This document shows, one piece after another, positions 10,340 to 21,112 of a stretch of DNA of 64,000 bases. This stretch comes from Escherichia phage LorandFenyves_Bas91, in sequence record PQ850614.1; one strand, given 5' to 3'. A program made the position numbers and the translations under genes. The notes beneath the pieces are model-generated. The model was not told the DNA's origin. It saw only the letters and a program-made list of their open reading frames with translations, and searched no databases. The stretch's first letter is position 1; the number at the start of each line of letters is the position of its first letter.

Positions 10340-12511
10340 ATGTCTAGAGAATTAATGCCCAAATCTGGCATAATGATGCCTCACGTAGTTGTGACTAGAG
10401 ATGCGGCAGTTGTTGGTGTTTCTACAGTAGACGGTCAGGCAGGAGCTGTGAACCTGACTGATAAGTATTTACAGAAGACCGATGCGGCTGCTACATATCA
10501 GACTAAAACAGAAGGTGCATCTAAGGATTATGTTTTAGATTCAATACAGCCTATCATGGAGGGTGCTTTATTCAAAGCAGACCCTTTTGTAGATAATAAC
10601 ATCCCTTTCCGTTCTGCTGGGGCTAATGGTGTAGAGTCTGTGGATATGATGAAGGTTACTCCTGATAACTCAATCAAGATTGGTAGCTATGCTTCTTCCG
10701 TTCAGGGGGTAGAGATTCACTCTGCTGGTCATCTTCAAGTAGTAGACCAGAATGATTCTGGAGTAGAAACTAAGTATCCAGTTTATTCTAAACGGTATCG
10801 TCCAGAGATTGAGGATTTGCCTTTCGCTGCAATTGGTTCTTATGTCAAAGATTCTAAGGGACGTACTGTTGGGGTTACTCGTACAGGGATTAACTCTGAT
10901 ATCAAACAGCTGACTCAGAAGGTAACGTTTACTCAACCTGTTACTGTAGCAGATGCTGTAGGCGATTATGATGCAGTGACACTGAGGCAACTTCGTAATA
11001 GTGGTGGCGGTTCTGGTGGTCCTACCATGAGTGGTATCTCAAACTTTGGTATCGGTGATTTCCATCTTCGTGACAGTCGTGCTTTCATCCCCGCCTTCGA
11101 GGTTGTGTCGGATGGGCAGCTTTTGAATCGTGCTGACTACCCAGATTTATGGGCTTATGCACAACTGCTATCCCCAATTGAAGACTCTCTTTGGTTGTCT
11201 AATATCTATCAGAGGGGTAGGTATTCTACCGGAAACGGTACAACAACTTTCCGTGTTCCTGACCGAAATGGCATCCAAGAGGGGTCACTGAGAGCTTTAT
11301 ATGGCCGTGGTGATGGTGGTAATTCTGCTGCAAACGGTCAAGTGTTTGATTCTGCTGCACCGAACATCACATATGCGTCCCCTCACACAATGGTAACACT
11401 AGCCTCCGCTCCTGGGCAGGTGGCGACTAACGGGGCAATTCAATCAATCACCTCTACAGACGATGTGGCTCCAGTGGGGGCTGGAGGTAAATACATATCC
11501 ACAAACTTTGACGCATCACGTTCCAGTCCTATTTATGGTCGCTCCACTGAGGAGATTCTGACCCGTAACTTTGTTGGTGTTTGGACTATCCGTGCTCATG
11601 GTGGTTTTGTAGCAGCTAATACTTCTTGGTCTGTTATCAACAGGGACAGCGCAGCTCCGGCTTTAAACACTTCTGTAGTTGGTGGTAAGGTGGAATCTAA
11701 ATACACTAACCCAACCTCCTCTCAATATGCTCGTATGTATATTTCCTCTTCTTGGGGGAGTGTTTGTTCTGCCGTGATTGAAGCACAAGGTACAAGTACT
11801 CACGCTTATAAGTTTTATGAGGATGGCACTGTTGATTTTAGGCAGTCTGGTAAGACAAACCCATTCCGCATGTACACACCAACTGGAATTTGGTCTGGAC
11901 TGACGGATGCGGGGCCAAACAATTTAACCACCGATGGAATGGACAGGGTGGCGATTTCTGGTGGCTCTGACACAGTGGTGCGTGGGTACTCTATTGGAGG
12001 ATCTAAACCTAATGGTTATCCAACCAAGGTTGGGTATCATATGTATTTGCCGGGAAATGACGCCTTCGGTATCGCCTGTACAACTATTGGAGGAGACAAC
12101 GGAAGGTTCTGTCGATATTTTTACGACATAGACGGGCAGATATATGGCTCAACTGATTATGGAAACTTTAGCTATACAAAGAGTGGTGTCTCGGATGAAA
12201 ACCTGAAACATAACATTGTTGATATTGATGCAGAAAGAGCTATTGAAGTAATAAAAGGACTGAAGTTCAAATCCTTTGTTTACAACGATGATGAGAAGAA
12301 TCGATCTCGTCGTGGTATCATTGCACAGCAGGCAGAGACGGTAGAACCTCTGTATGTCAAGACTCGTAAGTATCCCGGAACTGGAAACGGCGATTCTATG
12401 AAAGAGCAGAAAGAGTTAGACACAACTCCTATGCTACTTGACACTATGCAGGTTGTTCAGAATTTGCTGAAGCGTGTAGAAGAGTTAGAAGCTCAACTGG
12501 CTGCTAAGTAA
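10340..12511 (+). CDS. tail fibre or spike with C-terminal intramolecular chaperone (peptidase S74-like) domain
   Basis: C-terminus GVSDENLKHNIVDIDAERAIEVIKGLKFKSFVYNDD...GIIAQQAETVEPLYV matches the self-cleaving chaperone domain of endosialidases and T5-type fibres. Confidence 0.7.
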   Translation: MSRELMPKSGIMMPHVVVTRDAAVVGVSTVDGQAGAVNLTDKYLQKTDAAATYQTKTEGASKDYVLDSIQPIMEGALFKADPFVDNNIPFRSAGANGVESVDMMKVTPDNSIKIGSYASSVQGVEIHSAGHLQVVDQNDSGVETKYPVYSKRYRPEIEDLPFAAIGSYVKDSKGRTVGVTRTGINSDIKQLTQKVTFTQPVTVADAVGDYDAVTLRQLRNSGGGSGGPTMSGISNFGIGDFHLRDSRAFIPAFEVVSDGQLLNRADYPDLWAYAQLLSPIEDSLWLSNIYQRGRYSTGNGTTTFRVPDRNGIQEGSLRALYGRGDGGNSAANGQVFDSAAPNITYASPHTMVTLASAPGQVATNGAIQSITSTDDVAPVGAGGKYISTNFDASRSSPIYGRSTEEILTRNFVGVWTIRAHGGFVAANTSWSVINRDSAAPALNTSVVGGKVESKYTNPTSSQYARMYISSSWGSVCSAVIEAQGTSTHAYKFYEDGTVDFRQSGKTNPFRMYTPTGIWSGLTDAGPNNLTTDGMDRVAISGGSDTVVRGYSIGGSKPNGYPTKVGYHMYLPGNDAFGIACTTIGGDNGRFCRYFYDIDGQIYGSTDYGNFSYTKSGVSDENLKHNIVDIDAERAIEVIKGLKFKSFVYNDDEKNRSRRGIIAQQAETVEPLYVKTRKYPGTGNGDSMKEQKELDTTPMLLDTMQVVQNLLKRVEELEAQLAAK

Positions 12512-12517
12512 AGGATT

Positions 12518-12537
12518 GCCCCTTCGGGGGCTTTTAG
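12518..12537 (+). terminator. hairpin plus T-tract after fibre gene
   Basis: GCCCC-TTCG-GGGGC followed by TTTTAG. Confidence 0.5.
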
Positions 12538-12605
12538 AAGTTAAACTAGTGAATAGGTAATGAAACTAATATATCCCAAGAGGTTAATATATAGGAGACA
12601 CTCAA

Positions 12606-12824
12606 ATGAAAATGATGAAACAAGCTGCATATGGTTTAATCTGTTTAGGTGCAGGTGTTGTGGTGTCAACCGCAGTTCCTGTAAGCGCAGTTCATCCACT
12701 AGTAACTGTCCCTGCTCCAGTAGAGAAGCTTAGCTCTCAATGCAAGCAGAGAACAATTCAAAATAACCTAGTTGTTATTTGTCCTGATGCTGAATCTAAC
12801 GCTCTAAGAAAGATACTACCTTAA
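12606..12824 (+). CDS. small secreted or membrane-anchored protein (lysis-associated?)
   Basis: 72 aa; N-terminal hydrophobic signal-like segment LICLGAGVVVSTAVPVSA; immediately upstream of lysozyme. Confidence 0.45.
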   Translation: MKMMKQAAYGLICLGAGVVVSTAVPVSAVHPLVTVPAPVEKLSSQCKQRTIQNNLVVICPDAESNALRKILP

Positions 12825-12853
12825 TTTAAAGGGACCACAAAAGGAGGTTAGAA

Positions 12854-13345
12854 ATGGATAACGTCGCATTGCCACCTGTACAATTAAACTTAAGCCCAGC
12901 TGGAATGGAATTCATCATGAAGCATGAGGGTATGAGAACAAAGGCTTATAAAGATTCCGCAGGTATCTGGACTATATGTGTAGGGGCTACGCGCGATATG
13001 AATGGTTATCCGGTTAGACAAGGATTAACGTATTCTATAGAGGATTGTCTAGCTCTGCTAGATAGAGACACACAAGACTCTGTTCGTGCTACTCAGAAGA
13101 ACATAAAGGTTCCTTTACTAGTTCATGAGTTTGATGCACTCACTTCTTTCAACTTCAACGTTGGCAGTGGTGCTTTGAGCACATCTAAGTTAAGGAAAGT
13201 AATCAATGGAGATGTTAAGGGAGACGTTTATTCCGAATTTCTTCGTTGGGATAAAATAACGGTCAAGGGAGAGAAGCAGAGAAGTCAGGGTCTTCATAAT
13301 AGAAGAGTTGCAGAAGCTAATCTTTACACCGAAGGTAAATATTAA
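12854..13345 (+). CDS. phage lysozyme (GH24-like endolysin or virion lysozyme)
   Basis: HEGMRTKAYKDSAGIWTICVGAT matches the lambda/T4-type lysozyme catalytic region. Confidence 0.75.
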   Translation: MDNVALPPVQLNLSPAGMEFIMKHEGMRTKAYKDSAGIWTICVGATRDMNGYPVRQGLTYSIEDCLALLDRDTQDSVRATQKNIKVPLLVHEFDALTSFNFNVGSGALSTSKLRKVINGDVKGDVYSEFLRWDKITVKGEKQRSQGLHNRRVAEANLYTEGKY

Positions 13346-13357
13346 TGGAGGTGCCTT

Positions 13358-14161
13358 TTGGCTATCGAAACTAATGCGGTAGTTATTACCGATTTAAACC
13401 CACTCTATCCTAGAGACAGGGATTACATCTACGAGGGGGCGGCTCAAATCCGCCTCATTAAACAAACATTACAGAATACATTCCCCAATGTTACAGAACC
13501 AGTTGATATTGATTCTGACACCTTTAAGATTATGTCAGAGAAGCTCAAGTTTACTGGTGATGCAATGGATGTTGGTGGTCTTATGATCAAGAACGTTACT
13601 CCTGGAACTGGCGACAAGGACGTTGTTACTAAAGGCCAGATGGAAGCGTTCATGAAGAACTGGATGGAGAATAAGCTCTATCGAATTGGTTCTTACTACA
13701 TCACTGAAGAAGATATTAACCCCGGTGATTCTATCTCCTTAGGGTTTGGTTCTTGGGCTAAAGTGACTGGTGTCATTATGGGTACTGGTGTAGTAAACCC
13801 TGATGGTTCTGTCCCTAATGCTCAGAGAGTTGAGTTCCAAGCAGGTGGTACTGGTGGTCGTGTCTTCAACACCATTCGAACAGAGAACGTACCTTTGATG
13901 ACAGTTAATGGCTCCAGCTTCTCCTTATCCAGTAACACCCACAGCCACAATATGGTATTTGGTCGTGGAGATGCTAGTGGTCATAACAGCTCGCCAAACT
14001 GGTATAGCCCGGGTGGTGGTTACAGCCAGAGAACTGATAATGACACACATACTCATACAATCTCTGGTAGTGTAAGTCTTGGTCGTGATGATATCTCTCG
14101 TCAACCTATTAACACTTTGCCACCATTCAGAGCAGCTCACATTTGGAGACGTATTAGCTAA
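13358..14161 (+). CDS. tail fibre or tail collar-like protein
   Basis: 267 aa, Gly/Ser/Thr-rich, sits within the tail gene block. Confidence 0.4.
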   Translation: MAIETNAVVITDLNPLYPRDRDYIYEGAAQIRLIKQTLQNTFPNVTEPVDIDSDTFKIMSEKLKFTGDAMDVGGLMIKNVTPGTGDKDVVTKGQMEAFMKNWMENKLYRIGSYYITEEDINPGDSISLGFGSWAKVTGVIMGTGVVNPDGSVPNAQRVEFQAGGTGGRVFNTIRTENVPLMTVNGSSFSLSSNTHSHNMVFGRGDASGHNSSPNWYSPGGGYSQRTDNDTHTHTISGSVSLGRDDISRQPINTLPPFRAAHIWRRIS

Positions 14162-14170
14162 GGAGGAATT

Positions 14171-17100
14171 ATGGCGCTGTATCCAATAAAGTCGCTAGGT
14201 GCTGTAGGCGTTATCGCTGATCAGGCTCCGACAGACTTAGCTCCTAATGCTTTCACTAATGCTATAAATGCTCGATTTGTTGAGCAGAGAGTATTTAAGA
14301 CGGGGGGCAATGCCCCTCTTTCTTATGTAGACGAAGATAAGGATTTAACCCCTCTGTCTTTCGTTTCTATGCCTTTCGATTATTATAGCGCAGGTAATAG
14401 CTTTCTTGTTGTAGGTACAGATAAGAAGTTATATAAACTGACAGATGAAAGCTTGACTGATATTAGCCGTAAGGTTGCTACAGTCACCAAGAAGGCTTCT
14501 GCCTCAATTAAGATTTATCCAGTTGTTTCTCAGATCGTTCCTAAAGAATCAACTATCTCAATGAACTTCAATCAGACCAAGAATCTAGAGGTTTCTCTTC
14601 TCCCTGCCGATGCTAACAATACTGATCTTATTTGGGAGGTTAGTAATTCATCCTATGGAAGTGTTACGGTAGACCCTAGTGACTCCAAACTTGCTACTCT
14701 AACATCTTTTGAGAAAGAGGGTAATCTTGTAGTAACTATCTCTACTGCCAATGAATCCGTAGTGGCTCAGATTGCTGTTAATATCATCGATGGTGATTCA
14801 GGCATCTTCTTGAGTCAAGATACTGTTACAATTCGTAAAGGAGGGACTACTACTCTCACGGCTGTTACTGGCAAAACCCCTGTAACTTGGTCCAGCAATA
14901 ACGCTTCTATTGTATCTGTAACCCCTAACGCCAACTCTTTAACTGCTGTCATTACAGCGAATGGAGAAGGTAATGTAACAATCACTGCTGATAACGGGAC
15001 TAAGACTGCTTCTTGTGAGATTGTTTCTATCCCTCAGATTGATAGTATCTCTTTAAGCCAGTCAGATGTTACTGTGAGTAGAGGTTCTCAGTATATTTTA
15101 ACTGCCACCCTTTCTCCTGCTAACGCCCCTAATCAAAACATTACTTGGACCTCTTCTAACCCAAATATTGCAACAGTATCAGGGACTAGCACACAAGGGA
15201 CAGTAAATGCTTTACTTGCTGGCTTTACTGAGATTACAGCTACCACTGAAGAAGGTAATAGAGTTGCTGTCTGTACTGTACGTGTAGATTTAGCTGGAAG
15301 GACAATGAGAACAAGTGCTATGGCATTTGCTGCTCCTGTATCAGAGTCGGTAGAAACTCAAGATGAGGAAGTAGTAACTCCTCCTGAAAGTGAGGAAGTT
15401 GTTTATTTTGCTGAGCCTACATCTGGTATAGATACGTCAGGGATGTATGAAGGTAATAACTTCTATGACTACTCTAACGTGAATGATATTGAAGGTTTTG
15501 CAAGAGCTTCTTTACTGGCAACCCCTTTGTCATCTGTAACCTTAGATATTGTCAGCGCTTCTCTTGATGTTGGTGAAGAGATTGTCATTACAGCCACAGC
15601 TTCTCCAGAAGGTGAGTACTCTTATCAGTGGTCTGTTGATAAAACTGGTTATGTTTCTACAACTTCAGTTACTGGTAAATCTATCAAACTGGTTGCTCTT
15701 CGTAAAGGAGATATTAACGTAACATGTACTGTCAGTCAGATGACTCAGAAAGATTACGATGCTTTTGATGACTATCCTTGGTATCACGCTGTTATCTCTA
15801 ACTGTGCAGTTGCTACAACTCACTATGAAACTCCTCAGGTAAAAGAATTCGAATCAGAATACTTTGTAGACCTTCCGGGGTGGGGTGAGCAAACAGTTGT
15901 TGATAATGATGGAAACCCTTCAGTCAAGAAGTTTAACTGGAAATGTGAGAGAGTGAGATCTTTTAACAACCGTCTTTTTGCCCTGAATATGAGAGAGGCT
16001 AATGCTTCTGGTGTTACCACTAACTACCCGCTTCGTCTTCGTTGGTCTAACTTTGCCAATGAGAACAAGGCTCCTACACTGTGGGATGATTTTGCTTACG
16101 ATCGTGTTGTGTCTTCGGACTTAGCTTCTAACATCGTAGGGCAGACTCAGGCTCTAGAGAATGGATATGCTGGTTACATTGATTTAGCTGACTCTAACGG
16201 CAGCTTGATTGATATCCTACCTCTTAAAGATTACTTGTTCGTTTATACAGAGTTTGAAACGTATATAGGTTCTCCGACTAATAACACGTACCAACCTCTA
16301 ATGTTCAAGAAGCTCTTTAATGACTCTGGTATCCTTGCTCCTGAGTGTGTGGTTGAAGTAGAAGGTAGTCACTTCGTAGTTACTCAGAACGATGTAATCT
16401 TACACAATGGTGCAACCAAGAAGTCAATTGCATCTAACCGTGTCAAGAACATGTTGATTAACGAGGTGTGTCTGGTTAACCCTCTAGCAACTCGAGTACA
16501 CTTGCATCAGGATAAGAAAGAAGTTTGGGTTCTGTACGTAGGTCCGGGAGAACCAAAAGAAAGCTTCGCTTGTACTAAAGCTGCTGTATGGAATTATGAG
16601 TTTGATACTTGGTCTTTCCGTACTATTCCATATGCTCAGTGTATCGGTCTTGTTGATCCTCCTGTTTTAGAAAGAGGTCCAATCTGGTCTGACTTCCAAG
16701 AAATCACTTGGGATGACCCATCTATTAAAGAACTTGTTTGGAGAAAGGATGCAACAAACTTCAGACAGAGGGTTACGATAGTAGGTTCGTTCTTGAGGGG
16801 ATTCTATCAGGTGGATGTAGGTGCTCTTGACTATTTCTATGACAGGCTAAACGATGTTGTTATAGAGAAGCCTCTGGAAATGAGGTTGGAGAGGACTGGT
16901 ATAGATTTTGATAATGTGACTAATGAGTGGAATCAGAAGCATATTAACAGGTTCCGGCCTCAGACAACCGGTTCAGGTATTTACATATTTGAAGCTGGTG
17001 GTAGTCAATTCTCAAATGAATATGGACACCCACACACATCGAAGACTTATACAATTGGTGTTGACAGGCATGTCTCGGTGAGACTGAACCATCCATACCT

Positions 17101-17188
17101 TTTCTATAATGTTATAGATAATGATGTTAACAGTAATGCTGCTATCAATGGTTTAACGATAGAGTTTGCTGTTGGCGGGCGGAGATAA
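14171..17188 (+). CDS. large tail protein with tandem Ig-like (BIG2) domains
   Basis: 1005 aa; several roughly 80-aa segments with Ig-like group-2 character (TVTIRKGGTTTLTAVTGKTPVTWSSNNASIVSV and others). Confidence 0.6.
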   Translation: MALYPIKSLGAVGVIADQAPTDLAPNAFTNAINARFVEQRVFKTGGNAPLSYVDEDKDLTPLSFVSMPFDYYSAGNSFLVVGTDKKLYKLTDESLTDISRKVATVTKKASASIKIYPVVSQIVPKESTISMNFNQTKNLEVSLLPADANNTDLIWEVSNSSYGSVTVDPSDSKLATLTSFEKEGNLVVTISTANESVVAQIAVNIIDGDSGIFLSQDTVTIRKGGTTTLTAVTGKTPVTWSSNNASIVSVTPNANSLTAVITANGEGNVTITADNGTKTASCEIVSIPQIDSISLSQSDVTVSRGSQYILTATLSPANAPNQNITWTSSNPNIATVSGTSTQGTVNALLAGFTEITATTEEGNRVAVCTVRVDLAGRTMRTSAMAFAAPVSESVETQDEEVVTPPESEEVVYFAEPTSGIDTSGMYEGNNFYDYSNVNDIEGFARASLLATPLSSVTLDIVSASLDVGEEIVITATASPEGEYSYQWSVDKTGYVSTTSVTGKSIKLVALRKGDINVTCTVSQMTQKDYDAFDDYPWYHAVISNCAVATTHYETPQVKEFESEYFVDLPGWGEQTVVDNDGNPSVKKFNWKCERVRSFNNRLFALNMREANASGVTTNYPLRLRWSNFANENKAPTLWDDFAYDRVVSSDLASNIVGQTQALENGYAGYIDLADSNGSLIDILPLKDYLFVYTEFETYIGSPTNNTYQPLMFKKLFNDSGILAPECVVEVEGSHFVVTQNDVILHNGATKKSIASNRVKNMLINEVCLVNPLATRVHLHQDKKEVWVLYVGPGEPKESFACTKAAVWNYEFDTWSFRTIPYAQCIGLVDPPVLERGPIWSDFQEITWDDPSIKELVWRKDATNFRQRVTIVGSFLRGFYQVDVGALDYFYDRLNDVVIEKPLEMRLERTGIDFDNVTNEWNQKHINRFRPQTTGSGIYIFEAGGSQFSNEYGHPHTSKTYTIGVDRHVSVRLNHPYLFYNVIDNDVNSNAAINGLTIEFAVGGRR

Positions 17189-17193
17189 CAACA

Positions 17194-17220
17194 AGGGGCT
17201 TCGTGCCCCTTTTATTGTTT
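17194..17220 (+). terminator. rho-independent terminator
   Basis: AGGGGC-TTCGT-GCCCCT followed by TTTATTGTTTT; the next RBS GGAGGA follows immediately. Confidence 0.7.
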
Positions 17221-17231
17221 TGGAGGAACTT

Positions 17232-18200
17232 ATGGGTGCAGGTGGTTTTCGTAAGAATACTGGTCGCAACAACACCACACTCCCGTACAACGTTGGGTTT
17301 CTCAATAATGTACAGGACACAGAAACATATAACGTAGCCGTGTATGATGAATTACAAAAAGTTAGCACAGCTACTAACCAAATGTTCCAAGCTATAGATG
17401 AAATTCACGAAGAGATTGATGTTCGTATTAAAGCTCTTAATGCAATGAATCTACAATTTGATGAGCTTGAGAATAGAATTACTACAGAGATAGAAACAGC
17501 TATTGCAGATATCCAAACACAGATGGGGAATCTCTCCACTGAAGATATTTGGGATAATTCTGTTCAACCTCCTGTAAAATTAGAAAGCACTGTATCTGGC
17601 TTTAAAACAAGTATTGAGGGTAACACAACTAAGATTCAAACGGTAGAAGGTATTGTCAATGACCAAGGTCAAGAGATTGCTTTAGTTCAGACAGAGATTC
17701 AAAATATTAATGGAAGCCTATCTCAGTATATGAAGCTCTCTGAGTATGAAGCTACGTGGGGTGTTAACTCTACAGTAAACGGAAGATATGCTGGGGTCAA
17801 GTTAACTAACAACGGAACAAACAGTCAATTCCAAGTAACAGCTAACAAGTTTATTGTTGGTGATGGCAGCTCTGGTAACACACCTTTTGTGTTTGAGGGT
17901 GGTAGGGCTAGAATGGAATTCGCTGACATAAAGAACGTCAATATCACAACAGCTCAGATTGCTAACGCTAGAATCCAATGGGCACAGATCGATAACGTAT
18001 CCATCTCCAATGCTCAGATTCAGAACTTGTCAGCGGATAAGATTACTGCTGGCTCTATGTGGGGTTCTAACTGGAGACTTACTGTTGGTGGGGACTTTGT
18101 TATGGGTGGCACAGGTGGGGCACAATTGTGGATGAATGGTAACAGAATAGACTTCTACGATGGAAGTGGTGCTCTGAGAATCAGGATAGGGAGTTGGTAA
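17232..18200 (+). CDS. tail fibre-like protein with coiled coil
   Basis: Trimmed from track ORF 17166..18200 to the ATG at 17232, which has a GGAGGA RBS and follows the terminator. Confidence 0.5.
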   Translation: MGAGGFRKNTGRNNTTLPYNVGFLNNVQDTETYNVAVYDELQKVSTATNQMFQAIDEIHEEIDVRIKALNAMNLQFDELENRITTEIETAIADIQTQMGNLSTEDIWDNSVQPPVKLESTVSGFKTSIEGNTTKIQTVEGIVNDQGQEIALVQTEIQNINGSLSQYMKLSEYEATWGVNSTVNGRYAGVKLTNNGTNSQFQVTANKFIVGDGSSGNTPFVFEGGRARMEFADIKNVNITTAQIANARIQWAQIDNVSISNAQIQNLSADKITAGSMWGSNWRLTVGGDFVMGGTGGAQLWMNGNRIDFYDGSGALRIRIGSW

Positions 18201-18201
18201 T

Positions 18202-19233
18202 ATGGCATACGGAATATGGACACAACCAGTAGGGCCGGGGCCAGCAACCCCCGCTCCCTTATTTATTGATAGCGGAAGCACTTTCCCTCAGTTCAAGAAT
18301 AGTATAAGAGGGAGTTTTAACTTTAATGGGGCTGGGAGATCTTTCCCTATTAGTGGATGGGATGGCAGTGGTCAGATAGTTATTGTTCCTACCGGTTCTT
18401 TATGCTGGCAATGGGAAGTCCCTCCTAACCTAGTTCCTGATGTTTATTGTGTGAATAATATCTACGTAGAAAACAGTTCCTCTTTTAGAGTTACTCTGAA
18501 TCAGAACCCCGGCAGTAACCCCTTATTTGACTGTGGGTTCAACGTATATCAAATATGGCCTAGAGCGGATAGGAATTACGGAATTACCTTTTCTAACACA
18601 GCAGACTACTTCTCGATATCTGATAGTGGGGTCGTCGGTCAATGTATTTGGGCTTGGCAGGGGACCATAAACAATGCCCTTCAGATACCAAATATCGGTG
18701 GGTTCAATATGACCAATGCTGTTGTGTTTGCTAATTGGTCTGATGGAGGGATAGGACTATCTTATACCTCTGATGACAGGGTTATTCGTGTTTATCAGAA
18801 CAGACCTTACATAAACGGCAACACTAACGAGGGTGGTTCTGTGTTTGCTAGAGTTGCAGTATTCTGCAATGGAGCAGGAGTTCCGGAACATAATGGAGGT
18901 TTGAATATTTATTCTCCGGGTACCACGCAATGTGTCTTCTCTACTAACAGAACACCTTTCACTGTGGATACTTTTATAGGCTCAGGAGGCGGTAACACTG
19001 GAATGGCATACCCTATGATACCTCTTACCTCTGGAATAGGTGCGATAAAAGGCCAAGGCAGTGGATGGAGATATCAGCAAATGAGATCTCACACCATGAG
19101 TGGTTCTACGATAGGAACGGGCTATGGAAGGTATTTATTTCAGTGGGATCAGAATTACGACCTAGGAGCTGATACTGTAGTTAATTTATCAGTTCCTGTA
19201 ATAAATGCAGCTAAGGTTTTTGCTGGACTATAA
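18202..19233 (+). CDS. hypothetical virion or tail protein
   Basis: 343 aa ORF coupled to the previous gene by a 1-nt gap. Confidence 0.45.
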   Translation: MAYGIWTQPVGPGPATPAPLFIDSGSTFPQFKNSIRGSFNFNGAGRSFPISGWDGSGQIVIVPTGSLCWQWEVPPNLVPDVYCVNNIYVENSSSFRVTLNQNPGSNPLFDCGFNVYQIWPRADRNYGITFSNTADYFSISDSGVVGQCIWAWQGTINNALQIPNIGGFNMTNAVVFANWSDGGIGLSYTSDDRVIRVYQNRPYINGNTNEGGSVFARVAVFCNGAGVPEHNGGLNIYSPGTTQCVFSTNRTPFTVDTFIGSGGGNTGMAYPMIPLTSGIGAIKGQGSGWRYQQMRSHTMSGSTIGTGYGRYLFQWDQNYDLGADTVVNLSVPVINAAKVFAGL

Positions 19234-19245
19234 CAAGGAGATATT

Positions 19246-20028
19246 ATGGCAATTAAGATGGGTATTGAAGAACTAGACCCAATGGTTCAACAGGCTTCAA
19301 AGAAGTATGGGATTCCTGCTGCTTTGATTCATGCTGTAATCCAAAGAGAGTCTAGTGGTCGTCCTACAGTAGCCTCTGGAACTGGTCCTGTAGGCTTAAT
19401 GCAGATCAGTAAAGGGTTGGCTAAAGACTACGGTTACAAACTAGAAGACAGACTTGACCCAGCAAAGAATATTGATATGGGTGCTCGTTATATTCGAGAT
19501 AACTTAAAGGCTTTTAATGGTGATGTTAAGAAAGCAATGGTTGGTTATTCAGAAGGTATTGGTGGAGCTAAGCAAATGTTCGCTGGTAAAAAGGGATTTA
19601 CACCTCAAGCCCTTGACTCAATGAACAACAAACACTTTCTTCCTTTCTATGGTGATGCAGCTTCTCAGATTGCTAACCCTATCGGAGCTTTGCAAGCTGT
19701 TCAACCAGTTAACCAATTTAGTCCGGATATTCTTGATAGAGAGAAGGCTTCTCAAGCTCCAACTCAGGCAGAAATTGCTGCTTCTAAGACTGGTGCTTTA
19801 GGTGGTAATCCAGTAGAGTTTTACTCTGATGGGGCACAAGAAGGGGAAGATCAGAAGCCTCAGCAGAACTTTGGTAATGCAGTATTAGGGGTAGCTGCTA
19901 TGCTTGCTGGTAAACCTCCCACCTCTCAAACAGTTCAGAGGGCAAGTGCACCACATGCAGCAGGTTCTCAGTACAGCCCACAAACACAAGCAGTGCTCCG
20001 ACGTCTGGCTAGCATTGGTATAAAGTAA
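19246..20028 (+). CDS. virion-associated lytic transglycosylase (SLT domain)
   Basis: AVIQRESSGRPTVASGTGPVGLMQI matches the family-1 lytic transglycosylase ES...GLMQ motif. Confidence 0.75.
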   Translation: MAIKMGIEELDPMVQQASKKYGIPAALIHAVIQRESSGRPTVASGTGPVGLMQISKGLAKDYGYKLEDRLDPAKNIDMGARYIRDNLKAFNGDVKKAMVGYSEGIGGAKQMFAGKKGFTPQALDSMNNKHFLPFYGDAASQIANPIGALQAVQPVNQFSPDILDREKASQAPTQAEIAASKTGALGGNPVEFYSDGAQEGEDQKPQQNFGNAVLGVAAMLAGKPPTSQTVQRASAPHAAGSQYSPQTQAVLRRLASIGIK

Positions 20029-20047
20029 TAATCTTTAAGGAGGACTT

Positions 20048-21100
20048 ATGTCTTTATTTGGAAAATCAGCTTCTAGCAAAACCACAGTGGCCCCTTCCTC
20101 TCAGGTTGATGCCCTGCTGAAGCAGATTGTTGCTAATGCTCAGAATATGCAGAACAACGATCCGGGATTCATCTCCCAACAGCTGGCTGGGTTTAATGGC
20201 AATCAACAAGGCGCTCTGAACAACTTAGCAGCTTCTACTACTCAGAAGCAATTGGCTGATATGTACACGCCTCGTACACAGCAAGGGTTGGACCAATTAA
20301 ACTCTCTTGCACAGCAGTATCAGAATATTGTCAACGGTGGTGGTCTAACTGCTGATGGTGTTAATAACTTCAGTAAAGGATTGAATAACTCAGCTCTTGC
20401 TCAAGCGACTAGTAAGGCAGCTTCCAATGTATCTCTAGGAAATGGTTCTGATTCAGGCTCTCTCCGTAGAGCTGCTGCTCAAGGTGCTGCTCTGAACAGT
20501 GCTAACACTAACCTAGCTCGTACTATTAGTGGCAAGAATATGGGAATCAGTGCTCTTCAACAAGACCAAAACTTCCAGAGGGGATTGCTTGGTGCTCAGT
20601 CAGGATTGGCTGGACAGAATCTCAACCTTGGTGCTCAAGGTGTTCAGGCAACCCAACAAGCTATCCAGAATCAACTCATGGCTGGTAATCTACAACAGCA
20701 ACAAGCCCAAGCTCAAGCTGATATTAATTGGCAGAATGCTATTGGCTCTCAACAGTATGGGTGGAATCAGCTTAACAACCAACTTAATGTATTAAATAGT
20801 GTAAGCCCAATGGCTGGGTACACGATTAAGAATGCTGCTCCGGGGGTTAATACTGGACAACAGCTCCTAGGTGCTGGTATCACTGGATTAGGTATTGCAG
20901 GGCGTATGGGTGCTTTCTCTCCTAATCAACAGACTCAGAATGCTTGGAGTTCCTATAACAACTCAGGTGGGCAATCTGGAATGGCTGGCCCTATGATTGG
21001 AGGTTCTAATCTTTCTCAACAGAGAGGTCAGTCTAACTGGTTATCCACAGCAGGTAGTAATATCTTAGGTGGTGTTTTAGGGGCATTTGGAGCAAACTAA
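20048..21100 (+). CDS. Q/N/G/A-rich low-complexity internal virion protein
   Basis: 350 aa, extreme Gln/Asn/Gly/Ala/Ser bias. Confidence 0.5.
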   Translation: MSLFGKSASSKTTVAPSSQVDALLKQIVANAQNMQNNDPGFISQQLAGFNGNQQGALNNLAASTTQKQLADMYTPRTQQGLDQLNSLAQQYQNIVNGGGLTADGVNNFSKGLNNSALAQATSKAASNVSLGNGSDSGSLRRAAAQGAALNSANTNLARTISGKNMGISALQQDQNFQRGLLGAQSGLAGQNLNLGAQGVQATQQAIQNQLMAGNLQQQQAQAQADINWQNAIGSQQYGWNQLNNQLNVLNSVSPMAGYTIKNAAPGVNTGQQLLGAGITGLGIAGRMGAFSPNQQTQNAWSSYNNSGGQSGMAGPMIGGSNLSQQRGQSNWLSTAGSNILGGVLGAFGAN

Positions 21101-21112
21101 AGGAGATTTGAT